Shown: in pieces, positions 19,597 to 27,391 of the stretch
How the letters are laid out: every line of letters starts with the position of its first letter
Numbering within the stretch: the stretch's first letter is position 1
IMG/VR virus record: IMGVR_UViG_3300048863_000005
Coordinates: 1 to 56,214 of that record
Length of the DNA stretch: 56,214 bases
Strand: one strand, 5' to 3'
Source: a virus
Lineage: Duplodnaviria > Caudoviricetes
Made by a program: the position numbers and the translations under genes
The notes under the pieces: model-generated
The model's input: only the letters and a program-made list of their open reading frames with translations
Databases searched by the model: none
Told to the model about the DNA's origin: nothing

Positions 19597-20190
19597 TTAC
19601 CATTTACAGGCTGCTCTAAGCGGCTTTAAAGCGTCATCAATGCCTGTAATTGGAAAGGTGGTTGTAAGTGGCGACTCGTTGAAAGGTGTAACTCTAACGA
19701 CCATAGAATCGTGCCCTATCATCTTCTTAACGAAACCCACTGCTGATCCGCCCCACAAGCCAAGGGCTTTGTTATCAGTTGACTCCGACATACCTACTGT
19801 ACGAGGCTTCGCGCTATCTAGCCTGAATGTAACTTCCCCGTAACCCTGCACGGAAGAAAGGAAGTGGTCCGCCATGATGAAGTAGACAGAGGTCTCGTTT
19901 TCTTGGCAGCGAATTATCAGGCTAGCCTTATCGCTACCGCCAAACCTTTTACTTAGCGCTTCTTCTGACTCTAGGCTTACGACGACAGTTTTACTGTCAT
20001 CCATCTTTGACTGCTCCTCGCGGACAGTCCATGCGCTAGTCTTAGCAGACTTAGTTGCAGGCCTGTATTCCATGTCATAGCAAGCCAGTCGCTCAGTAGA
20101 GTCCGGTATGGCAGCACACTTTTCAGATGCGCTCACTGCTTGAGATGCAACAATCCCTACTACTAACCCAGCAATGTAACCTCTTTTCAT
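19597..20190 (-). CDS. Exported VasI/TagO-like protein (moron)
   Basis: Signal peptide; CAAIPDSTERLACYD, SKMDDSK, LIIRCQENET. Confidence 0.65.
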   Translation of the reverse strand: MKRGYIAGLVVGIVASQAVSASEKCAAIPDSTERLACYDMEYRPATKSAKTSAWTVREEQSKMDDSKTVVVSLESEEALSKRFGGSDKASLIIRCQENETSVYFIMADHFLSSVQGYGEVTFRLDSAKPRTVGMSESTDNKALGLWGGSAVGFVKKMIGHDSMVVRVTPFNESPLTTTFPITGIDDALKPLRAACKW

Positions 20191-20282
20191 ACTTCCTTTC
20201 GCCTAAATGAGAAAACCATCTCAATTTAGCGACAATTTGGCTGAATGCTTTAGCCCGTCCTTGTCTTCCATTCTGGTCTTTT

Positions 20283-20386
20283 ACAACGCAATGCTTCCTC
20301 ACCTAAAGAAGCATTACGCTGTTTACAGCCCACGCCCCACCGTGCCACTCCATGCCCCACCTAGACAAGCCGTGGCATGACACTGG
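20283..20386 (-). ncRNA. Pentamer-repeat guide-like RNA, unit B
   Basis: GTCat GCCac GGCtt GTCta GGTgg GGCat GGAgt GGCac GGTgg GGCgt GGGct, then GTAAACAGCGT and a long hairpin. Confidence 0.8.
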
Positions 20387-20442
20387 TAGCTATAGCCACC
20401 GCATAACCGCCTGTTCAGGCGGCTACACGCTGTTTACAGCCC
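20316..20442. repeat. 16-bp direct repeat ACGCTGTTTACAGCCC at 20316-20331 and 20427-20442
   Basis: Exact duplicate marking the 3' handle of each pentamer tract. Confidence 0.95.
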
Positions 20443-20503
20443 ATACCGAATCATACCGCGCCCAACCATGGCGCGTCATAGCACGCCAAGCTCCGGCATA
20501 GAC
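20400..20503 (-). ncRNA. Pentamer-repeat guide-like RNA, unit A
   Basis: TCTat GCCgg AGCtt GGCgt GCTat GACgc GCCat GGTtg GGCgc GGTat GATtc GGTat GGGct, then GTAAACAGCGT and a hairpin. Confidence 0.8.
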
Positions 20504-20962
20504 TCAATTCAACGCTTTACGAGTCATACCTTGTAAAGCAGAAAACCTAGTCAGCGCGTCCATATTTGCCCGTCGCTGATCGTCATTCAGTTCTGTGATA
20601 CGTAAGTTACGGAGCTTTTGCCCTGTAGCCTTGAAAACCTTACGCACATTTCGATCAAACTCGCTTACCGCAACACTTGTCTGCTCGTGAGGAGGAATCC
20701 ATCGATAGCCTTGCCCTCGCACCGACTGGAGACATACCTGATGATGCTTGAGTAGCTCTGTCTTGAAAGCTTCAACGTTAGCAAGCCATTCAAATTGGCG
20801 TGCTCGGTACTGCTCGGCTGTCATGGTCTTTGTTTCGCTTAGCGATGGCATCCCAAAGCGCAACTCCAGCCATGCATGACTAACCATATCCCCGTAAGCG
20901 AACTCCTTTAGGAAGTCATCAACGGCTTGCTTGAAAATAGGATGCTTCGTTACTTCATGCAT
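20504..20962 (-). CDS. Accessory protein of the RAMP locus, winged-helix-like
   Basis: Start overlaps upstream gene end; LQSVRGQGYRWI resembles a wHTH wing; helical C-terminus. Confidence 0.7.
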   Translation of the reverse strand: MHEVTKHPIFKQAVDDFLKEFAYGDMVSHAWLELRFGMPSLSETKTMTAEQYRARQFEWLANVEAFKTELLKHHQVCLQSVRGQGYRWIPPHEQTSVAVSEFDRNVRKVFKATGQKLRNLRITELNDDQRRANMDALTRFSALQGMTRKALN

Positions 20963-21530
20963 AAGCCACCTCGAAACGTCCGAAACGTGGGCGGTACTCG
21001 CATACACCTATAAGCTTTCCAGAATCGTCAATAGCCTTTCTGGCTTCTTCCAGATTGAGCACATCGGAGTTTATTGCTACCTCAATCTCTGCTGCCCAGT
21101 CGAGGAATACAGGGCGGTACCGCATCAGCTTCGCCTGCCCAACTCGCACGCCTCGACAGTCAACGAAACGTGTGTCTTCCCATAACGCTTCAGGGGTCGA
21201 AGGGCCATCAAACAAGAGCTTAATCTTGTCCGTCATCACAAGCGCGCCCCGCTTCCAATGTACCCCGAGCTTTTGCAGCTTGGCTCCAGCCCAAAACGTT
21301 GCGTCGAAGTTCTGGCCTGGGATGAAGAAGCCCAGCTTATCGTCGTGATATGCACCCGCGATGAACTCGGAACGGGCAATAGCCAAGTGATCATCATCAG
21401 TCTTTTTGCGCTTTGACGTCAGCTCCTTATGAAGCTTGGTTGTCGGATGCAGCGGATTAGCCAGCTTGTCGCTATGCATCATCAGCGGAGATGTTCCTGA
21501 TACCTTAAGGGTTAGCAGTTCCATGCTCAT
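20955..21530 (-). CDS. Stand-alone RAMP/Cas7-like RNA-binding protein (Vipr-like)
   Basis: LTLKVSGTSPLMMH first strand, FFIPGQNF (cf. RAMP IPGSS), RYRPVF..W, C-terminal G-loop IGVCEYRPRFGRFEV; adjacent pentamer array. Confidence 0.75.
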   Translation of the reverse strand: MSMELLTLKVSGTSPLMMHSDKLANPLHPTTKLHKELTSKRKKTDDDHLAIARSEFIAGAYHDDKLGFFIPGQNFDATFWAGAKLQKLGVHWKRGALVMTDKIKLLFDGPSTPEALWEDTRFVDCRGVRVGQAKLMRYRPVFLDWAAEIEVAINSDVLNLEEARKAIDDSGKLIGVCEYRPRFGRFEVAYA

Positions 21531-22393
21531 GCTACATTCCTCGCCTTAGCCTGCTTCAACTCCAAAGCCTGATACTCATGACGGCTCTTCAGGTTCTCGA
21601 TGGCAGCGATAACCAAACCAAACATCTCATCAGTCGAAACCGGCATATCTCCCGGCGAGGCGACGATGGCTCTGATTAGATCACTAGGCTTCATAACGGC
21701 AGCGTCATAGGGAACAGGCTTGATTTGTTTTTTTCCTTCGCTATCGAAGTAAACCAAGCACCGGTCACGCCTAGTCATCGACTCCAGCATGCCGTGTTCG
21801 CTTTTTGGCAGGTATTCACCCTCAAGCACATATGCAGCGATGAAGTTGCGGGCAGCATCTAGCTTGTCAGCCGGGATATCTGCGGCTGATCGAACCCCGA
21901 ACGCCACATGTGTCTGCGCCCAGATTTTCATCGTTGCTCGGCGCTGCGCTGACTTCGGAAGGCCTACTACCTTGCCCTTGATAACCGCCCCAAGCATATG
22001 GAAGCCATCAGTACCGATAGTGGCGTGAAGGATGTTATCTGCAGACTCTTTGTCTTTAGCTCTCAACGCTTTTTCGCAAGCAATAAAATAGCGACGCGCC
22101 TGCTTTCCCTTCTTATTGTTCTCAACCATGGCAAGCTCTTTAGCCATGTCGAGAGTTAGATGATATTCAATGCTGGGGCGGCCTCCAGAGCTTTTCCCCA
22201 CAACCGGGGAAAAGTCTTCACCCTCTATAAACCCATACTGTTCAATGCGTCCTTTGATCCAGCTGCTGAAGTCGCGACCGACCTCTAAAAAGCCGTGCAG
22301 ATTGCGCGCATCTACTAGGTGCTCTTGTTCCGAAGTGATACGGCCTTGGAATACAGGGATGACATTCGATACTGCTGTGCTAGAATTACTCAT
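21527..22393 (-). CDS. ant: Phage antirepressor (AntA/AntB N-terminal domain)
   Basis: VDARNLHGFLEVGRDFSSWIKGRIEQYGF...EYHLTLDMAKELAMVE...ARRYFIACEK. Confidence 0.9.
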   Translation of the reverse strand: MSNSSTAVSNVIPVFQGRITSEQEHLVDARNLHGFLEVGRDFSSWIKGRIEQYGFIEGEDFSPVVGKSSGGRPSIEYHLTLDMAKELAMVENNKKGKQARRYFIACEKALRAKDKESADNILHATIGTDGFHMLGAVIKGKVVGLPKSAQRRATMKIWAQTHVAFGVRSAADIPADKLDAARNFIAAYVLEGEYLPKSEHGMLESMTRRDRCLVYFDSEGKKQIKPVPYDAAVMKPSDLIRAIVASPGDMPVSTDEMFGLVIAAIENLKSRHEYQALELKQAKARNVA

Positions 22394-22426
22394 GACTTTA
22401 CTTTCCTGATCGTTAGTTTTGTCACT

Positions 22427-22455
22427 AAAGCCCGGGCCTGCCAGCCTGGGCTTTG
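22427..22455. terminator. Hairpin between arc-like and ant genes
   Basis: AAAGCCCGGGC...GCCTGGGCTTT; same position as P22 sar antisense region. Confidence 0.45.
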
Positions 22456-22460
22456 TTCTT

Positions 22461-22637
22461 TTAGGCCTGTGCCTGCCTTTGCTGCATCTCTCGCCACTTG
22501 AACCCCTCCTCTACTAACAGCCCAAGTTCAGCATTTTGGCTGCGGCGATTACGCTTAGCTTCTTCGTTAATTCGGTCTTTTATGTCTTGCGTTACCCTTC
22601 CAAAAACCTGTGGAAGCTCTCGTGTTTTCATTTCCAT
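22461..22637 (-). CDS. Arc-like ribbon-helix-helix repressor
   Basis: PQVFGRVTQDIKDRINEEAKRNRRSQNAEL. Confidence 0.8.
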   Translation of the reverse strand: MEMKTRELPQVFGRVTQDIKDRINEEAKRNRRSQNAELGLLVEEGFKWREMQQRQAQA

Positions 22638-22646
22638 CCCCAAACC

Positions 22647-22709
22647 AAGCACCGTGCTTGTAAGCACATTTAAGCACCGTGCTTTATTGCCGTCAATAGC
22701 ACCGTGCTT
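22647..22709. promoter_or_regulatory. Three palindromic operators at 25-bp spacing
   Basis: AAGCACCGTGCTT at 22647 and 22672, TAGCACCGTGCTT at 22697; leftward -35 TTGACG at 22696-22691. Confidence 0.8.
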
Positions 22710-22744
22710 CATTATTCGCACTCCGAATACCTTATGAAGTCGAG

Positions 22745-23200
22745 ATGAGCAGAACAGACCCGCAAGTAAATTTCCGCATACCTGCTGAGTTGAAAGAAAA
22801 GCTTGAAGCGGCAGCTGCTGAAAATAAGCGATCCGTAACTGCGGAGCTGGTTGCTCGCCTTCAAGAAAGCTTTGCGCCCTCTTCATTCTCTATGCCTGAA
22901 ACCGTCAAGCGGGTGGCTTCGGCTCTATCAGGCGAAGGTAACGACAAGAGAGGGAGGCTTGTTGAATTACAAAGGCAAGTAACTAAGGTAGGAGTAGCTG
23001 TCTTTGAAGCAACCGCACGAATTCACTTCCTAAATTCCGAACTTATAAATGTCATTTCCGATGAGGACCGTGAGCGGATTAACAGCCAGCTAATGGAGGC
23101 TTATGTAGAGCTTGGAGAGCTTGAACGTAACCGCCGCGTCCTTTCAGAAGAACTCCTGATAGCCAAGCGTGAACTCATAGAGAAAGATTTTGATCTCTAG
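22745..23200 (+). CDS. Arc/Mnt-family repressor with coiled-coil tail
   Basis: MSRTDPQVNFRIPAELKEKLEAAAAENKRSVTAELVARL. Confidence 0.88.
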   Translation: MSRTDPQVNFRIPAELKEKLEAAAAENKRSVTAELVARLQESFAPSSFSMPETVKRVASALSGEGNDKRGRLVELQRQVTKVGVAVFEATARIHFLNSELINVISDEDRERINSQLMEAYVELGELERNRRVLSEELLIAKRELIEKDFDL

Positions 23201-23278
23201 TTGACTTCCCTACTTCCGGTTGAGATGTGCTCAGATTTGAGCGCATCTCCCATCCTGCTAATGACAAATCCAGCAGGC

Positions 23279-23377
23279 AAAAAAAAGCCCCACATAGGCG
23301 GGGCTTAAATCTTGTTCTATCTGTACATAACTAGAACACGACCAGGCAGTAACGGAGGGGAAGTTACTGCCGGCTAA
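23279..23377 (-). ncRNA. Candidate sigma28-dependent sRNA, copy B
   Basis: GGCAGUAAC-UUCCCCUCC-GUUACUGCC hairpin, second hairpin, U8 terminator; homolog of 7882-7980. Confidence 0.65.
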
Positions 23378-23382
23378 ATACT

Positions 23383-23409
23383 TTATCGACTGAGCTTGCT
23401 TTTACTTTA
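23383..23409 (-). promoter_or_regulatory. sigma28 promoter
   Basis: TAAAGTAA-N11-GTCGATAA. Confidence 0.7.
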
Positions 23410-23664
23410 GGCTTTACGAGCGACAGCCGCAGCTCTCAAGCCCATTCGTAAATCCTTGGCAACTGCCTTTTTGGACGGCTTTTCTTCTTGCTTACCTCCC
23501 CCGAACGGATTGGTCGCTTTTAGAAACTCTACCTTGGCGTCCCAAGCCAACAGGATCTCAGGGACAGGCGTATCCCAGGCATCACGCGGGGACCATCCTA
23601 GCCAGCCGGTAGCCATGCTAAAGAGGTCATCAACATAGCTACCGTTGCCTTCCCGCTTTACTCG
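23407..23664 (-). CDS. Tail assembly chaperone, -1 frameshift extension (gpT-like)
   Basis: Open -1 frame from slippery site G GGA AAC into MATGWLGWSP... Confidence 0.8.
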   Translation of the reverse strand, partial: RVKREGNGSYVDDLFSMATGWLGWSPRDAWDTPVPEILLAWDAKVEFLKATNPFGGGKQEEKPSKKAVAKDLRMGLRAAAVARKA

Positions 23665-24002
23665 TTTCCCTCAGCGGCCTTTTCTTCGTCCTCGGCCTTC
23701 TTAGCCTTGGGATTCAGCATCGCCAGAATGTAAGGCACGATCTGAGGCGTAACCTCGCCAATACCCTCGTCGAAGATGGCTTCTTCAAGCTCTTCCATGT
23801 CCTTACGCTTGTATTCCTTACCGGAACCGATAGCGATAATGGCGGCAGCAGCGCTTACCTGTAGCTTCTGGATTTCCTGTAGCGCTGGGGCCAAGCCTCC
23901 AAACCGCGCTTCGATGCCCTTCACAGCCTTGAGGGTGAAGGACAGGTTAAATTCTTCATCGCCAACAGTGACGACGGTATTGCCGTAATTGGTCTTGCTC
24001 AT
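23658..24002 (-). CDS. Tail assembly chaperone (gpG-like)
   Basis: Follows major tail gene; GGGAAAC at 23670-23664. Confidence 0.85.
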   Translation of the reverse strand: MSKTNYGNTVVTVGDEEFNLSFTLKAVKGIEARFGGLAPALQEIQKLQVSAAAAIIAIGSGKEYKRKDMEELEEAIFDEGIGEVTPQIVPYILAMLNPKAKKAEDEEKAAEGNE

Positions 24003-24083
24003 GGGTATTTCCTCAAAGAATCAGTCAAAAAAGAGCCAAGGAGCGACCTCGGCCCTGAGGTAAGTGAGGGTGATCGACGCTTA

Positions 24084-24551
24084 TTAGGCTGCGTCTTCGT
24101 AGATCGGGGAGTTGATGCCCAAGGAGGCGCTGCGACGGATTACGTCTTCTGCACCGCCAACGGTCTTGCCTAGGCTCATAACCTTGGCCAGGAAGTAGTC
24201 AGTCAAGCCGTCTTCATAGGTGACCTTGAACGCATAGTTCCAGCGGCTGCGGTCTTTCTGGGCAGCAACCAGAGCGATCTGGCCTGCATCGCCATTGTCG
24301 AAACCGATGGTTAGATCCATGGTTCCGGCATCAGCCAGGCCCTTGAGGTGACGGGTACGGGAATCGCCCAGTGAGGCGAAGGTGACATCGCCCACGGTGT
24401 CACCATAGTCACCAATGTTCTCGACCTCACCGATTTCGACGTAGGTCAGGCCACCTAGCAGCGTAATGGCTGCCGCATCTGTGGCCGGTAGTTCTTGTTC
24501 AACGATAGGGCCGATAGAAATTCGTGTACCGGCTGCGGTATTTACGCTCAT
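24084..24551 (-). CDS. Major tail tube protein
   Basis: EIGEVENIGDYG...RTRHLKGLADAGTM; position. Confidence 0.85.
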   Translation of the reverse strand: MSVNTAAGTRISIGPIVEQELPATDAAAITLLGGLTYVEIGEVENIGDYGDTVGDVTFASLGDSRTRHLKGLADAGTMDLTIGFDNGDAGQIALVAAQKDRSRWNYAFKVTYEDGLTDYFLAKVMSLGKTVGGAEDVIRRSASLGINSPIYEDAA

Positions 24552-24633
24552 GTTTCACTCCTGGAGGCTGCCGCAACGCGGCGTTTGGGCACAAAAAAAC
24601 CCGCTCATGGCGGGCTCTTTGGGTTGCTTGGGT

Positions 24634-25017
24634 TTAGTGTTCAGTAAGTATTCGAAGCGTGACGCTGCCCTGATAGGTACGGCCGTCAGGCTCTCGATTG
24701 GTATTTTTTCGTGCGACTCGGACAGAGGCGACACGCCCTGTCTCTAGCGGCAAGGGCCGGTCATGTAATGCAGTGTCGATCTGAGCCATGATCCCTTTCA
24801 CTTCCATCTGTCCGTGGTAATTACTCCAGATGGACAGATAGAACATGCGGCTATCTCTACGACTAGCCAATGGGTCGTTATTGTCAGCAACCTCGTAATC
24901 CAGGGTGACATAGGGGTATTTGGCGTTATCCGGCACTGCGTCATACACAGGAACGGTTAATTCAGTAGTGAGCCGCTCAAACAAGGCCACCTGAAGCGCT
25001 TGAGAGGGATCAGGCAT
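24634..25017 (-). CDS. Tail terminator (DUF3168-like)
   Basis: VYDAVPDNAKYPYVT motif; position. Confidence 0.85.
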   Translation of the reverse strand: MPDPSQALQVALFERLTTELTVPVYDAVPDNAKYPYVTLDYEVADNNDPLASRRDSRMFYLSIWSNYHGQMEVKGIMAQIDTALHDRPLPLETGRVASVRVARKNTNREPDGRTYQGSVTLRILTEH

Positions 25018-25495
25018 TGCTTGCTCCTTGACTGGCTCGGCGTAGAGTTTCGTCTATGGCTTCTTTCAATATGGCCTTGATTCGTTCCCGGTTCAGGTCA
25101 TAGGAAGGCCTTAACCAAGGATGAGCAGGCGTAGGCCGGATGTCAGGCGCATATCCAAAGAAGTCAGTTCCGTTGGATTGGTTAACGTCAGGATTGGTCC
25201 GTTTGCCTTTAGATCCTTTGGTTCCGTACTCGATAAACCTAAGGAAATAAAAGCGCCGGTTGTTTTTCTTACCTCGAATCCCGATCTGAGCATCAAGTCC
25301 GGACTTTGAAACGAAAGCCTCCAGCGCGGCACGGCTTTCACCGGTATCGACAGGAATCAGCTGTTGCTGGGTTTCAAGCACAAGATCTGCTGCCATCTGC
25401 ATGGCAGGCTTGATCTGGTTATCCATGGTTTGATGGATACGCCTAAGCGTCCGGCGAAGCTTGAAGTCACCCTTAATCGAAGACTTACGGGCCAT
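25010..25495 (-). CDS. HK97 gp10-like neck protein
   Basis: PVDTGE, RFIEYGT, AHPWLRPSYD. Confidence 0.88.
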   Translation of the reverse strand: MARKSSIKGDFKLRRTLRRIHQTMDNQIKPAMQMAADLVLETQQQLIPVDTGESRAALEAFVSKSGLDAQIGIRGKKNNRRFYFLRFIEYGTKGSKGKRTNPDVNQSNGTDFFGYAPDIRPTPAHPWLRPSYDLNRERIKAILKEAIDETLRRASQGASNA

Positions 25496-25498
25496 GGA

Positions 25499-25678
25499 TT
25501 ACTCCTTGGCCTTCGCCTTTCTGGCTGGCTTGTCTTCGGCTATTTCGGTTGCTACCTCTTCAGCCAGATTTCGGCTGACCAGATCCTGACCGAGAGTTGC
25601 CGAAACAGTGAATTCAGAGCCTTTTGGTTGATCGCCATGGGCGCCGCCCGAGAGATTAGCTAGAGCACGTACTTTCAT
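25499..25678 (-). CDS. Small virion-associated hypothetical (59 aa)
   Basis: MKVRALANLSGAHG...KAKAKE fills the gap; GAGG RBS. Confidence 0.6.
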   Translation of the reverse strand: MKVRALANLSGGAHGDQPKGSEFTVSATLGQDLVSRNLAEEVATEIAEDKPARKAKAKE

Positions 25679-25686
25679 GGTTCACC

Positions 25687-26007
25687 TCATGGGTTTTCGA
25701 TGGTTGAGCACATCAGCTTGAGCATGCTGCGCTCGTTGTCTGGAAGCGGGGATTCGATGCGGTAGGTGGTGTTTCGATGCACGAAGCGATCACCGGCTCT
25801 CACGTCTTCTCGATAGCGGATGTTGATCTCAGCAGTTATAACGCTGTCCATCTGCTGGGCGATCATGGCTATACGCCCTGACGGGCTTTTGATCTCAGCC
25901 CAGACCGGTGCGTACTCGGTCCACGTCTCGGTATAGCCGCCGCCACGATCAGGCACCCGCTGCTGCCGCTGAAGGCTTCCACGGTGTCTTAAAGGTCCTG
26001 CTCTCAT
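25687..26007 (-). CDS. Head closure protein
   Basis: MRAGPLRHR...VWAEIK...IRYREDV. Confidence 0.88.
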   Translation of the reverse strand: MRAGPLRHRGSLQRQQRVPDRGGGYTETWTEYAPVWAEIKSPSGRIAMIAQQMDSVITAEINIRYREDVRAGDRFVHRNTTYRIESPLPDNERSMLKLMCSTIENP

Positions 26008-26015
26008 AGGTCACC

Positions 26016-26354
26016 TCATGCAAAAGCAGGATCTCGAAGAGGATAAAGTAGCGCAGTAACTGGTTTGGGAAGGAATCCCTGCTCAAACGCGCCATTGGCA
26101 TTTTCATCACGGTCCTTATACAGATAACCAAGCATCAGCAAAGTAGCTGCTTGTACCTCATAAGGGATGCCCTGAGGATTACCATCGGCGTCCGTTTTTA
26201 CCTGTCCGGCTTCATCCAAAAACTTAGCGCCTGACTTCAGGTAATTGAGGACTACTCCGCTAGCAGCATGAATCTTGAGAATGATGTCATCACGCTCATC
26301 CTCACCATCAGCACGCAAATGAACCAAAGCCTGATCATAGGTAACAAGCATCAT
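26016..26354 (-). CDS. Head-tail connector (gp6-like)
   Basis: ALVHLRAD...VQAATLLMLGYLYKDR...LLYPLR. Confidence 0.88.
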   Translation of the reverse strand: MMLVTYDQALVHLRADGEDERDDIILKIHAASGVVLNYLKSGAKFLDEAGQVKTDADGNPQGIPYEVQAATLLMLGYLYKDRDENANGAFEQGFLPKPVTALLYPLRDPAFA

Positions 26355-27391
26355 TTGATCGTTACCCCTTTGGTCAAGTCTTTACCATTGATGCCGTCTC
26401 GGCCATCGCGCCCACGTTTGGCTGCAAGCGTCCAACCTTTTGATCCAGGCTCACCGGGCTTGTCTGACGTTGGCTCATCGCAATGCCAGAGGCTTCCACC
26501 CCATGTCACGGTATCTCCTGGCAGGAAATCGCCACTCTTGAAGATGCCGCGGTAGATCATGACCGGCAAAGCCAGTGCTTTCTGTTGAGTAACACCACTA
26601 GAAAGCTCAGCTACGGCTTTGAATCCACGTTCACCATCCTGCTCTATGCGGAGATCCGATACGCCTTCAACTACGCATTCCCACCCTTTTAGGCCGAAGG
26701 TTCGCTCATAGGATCGCCACAGACCGCCCTTGTGCGTGGCATAGGTGCCACGCGAGTAGGACTTGGATTCATCAATAGCTGGCAGGATTTCAATATCAAC
26801 AGCGTCACGGCCTGGTTCGCCATCCTTTCCATCTTTAGGAAGTTGGATTGATTGCATAGCCTTAGCTACGGCTTCATCGACCATCTTCTGAACATCAGAG
26901 AGCGGGACACTTTGTCCATCCTGTCCGTCTTTGCCATTTAGACCATCTTTACCGTCTCGGCCATCTTTGGGTGCTGGAAGTTCTGCAACAGCATTTTTTA
27001 CTGCATCCTCCACTAAGGGAAGAATGTCGCTCAGCATTACATCCTGCCCGTCTTTGCCGTCTTGGCCGTCCTTACCATCTTGCGGAGGTGGGAGGGATGC
27101 AACAGCCTCCTCCACCATCTCCTTGATAGCTTGTGGATCTGCATCTTTACCGTCCTTACCATCCTTCGGTGTCGGTACAAGTTCAGCAGCACGCTTGGCA
27201 ACTAGTTCAGCGTCAAGTGCTTCAGGCAATCCAGCCAGGGACTGGTTAAGCTCAGCCCTGATAGCCTCTTCTCTTTCATCTAGGCTTTTGAGTAATTCAC
27301 CTCTTAAAGCCTGAGAAGCCCTATCAACAATACCTTTAAGTACAGACCCCAGCGCTTTAGCCTGGGCCTCAAGCTCACGCATATTCAGCAC
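26351..27391 (-). CDS. Head-associated protein with short collagen-like repeats
   Basis: PKDGKDGKD repeats; VTWGGSLWHC; follows portal. Confidence 0.7.
   Translation of the reverse strand: MLNMRELEAQAKALGSVLKGIVDRASQALRGELLKSLDEREEAIRAELNQSLAGLPEALDAELVAKRAAELVPTPKDGKDGKDADPQAIKEMVEEAVASLPPPQDGKDGQDGKDGQDVMLSDILPLVEDAVKNAVAELPAPKDGRDGKDGLNGKDGQDGQSVPLSDVQKMVDEAVAKAMQSIQLPKDGKDGEPGRDAVDIEILPAIDESKSYSRGTYATHKGGLWRSYERTFGLKGWECVVEGVSDLRIEQDGERGFKAVAELSSGVTQQKALALPVMIYRGIFKSGDFLPGDTVTWGGSLWHCDEPTSDKPGEPGSKGWTLAAKRGRDGRDGINGKDLTKGVTIK

Noticed and set aside
19597-20190. Type VI secretion locus
   Set aside because: Isolated VasI/TagO-like gene with no tss genes
20316-20442. Canonical CRISPR array or type I/IV CRISPR-Cas
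   Set aside because: Only two 16-bp repeats, 95 bp apart, with internally periodic intervening sequence and no other cas genes
20963-21007. Longer N-terminus of the 20504-21007 ORF
   Set aside because: Lies inside the RAMP gene; ATG at 20962 near the RAMP stop is more plausible
22638-22886. 141-aa version of the arc-like ORF
   Set aside because: Extension runs through the operators and the divergent gene; the RHH domain starts near 22637
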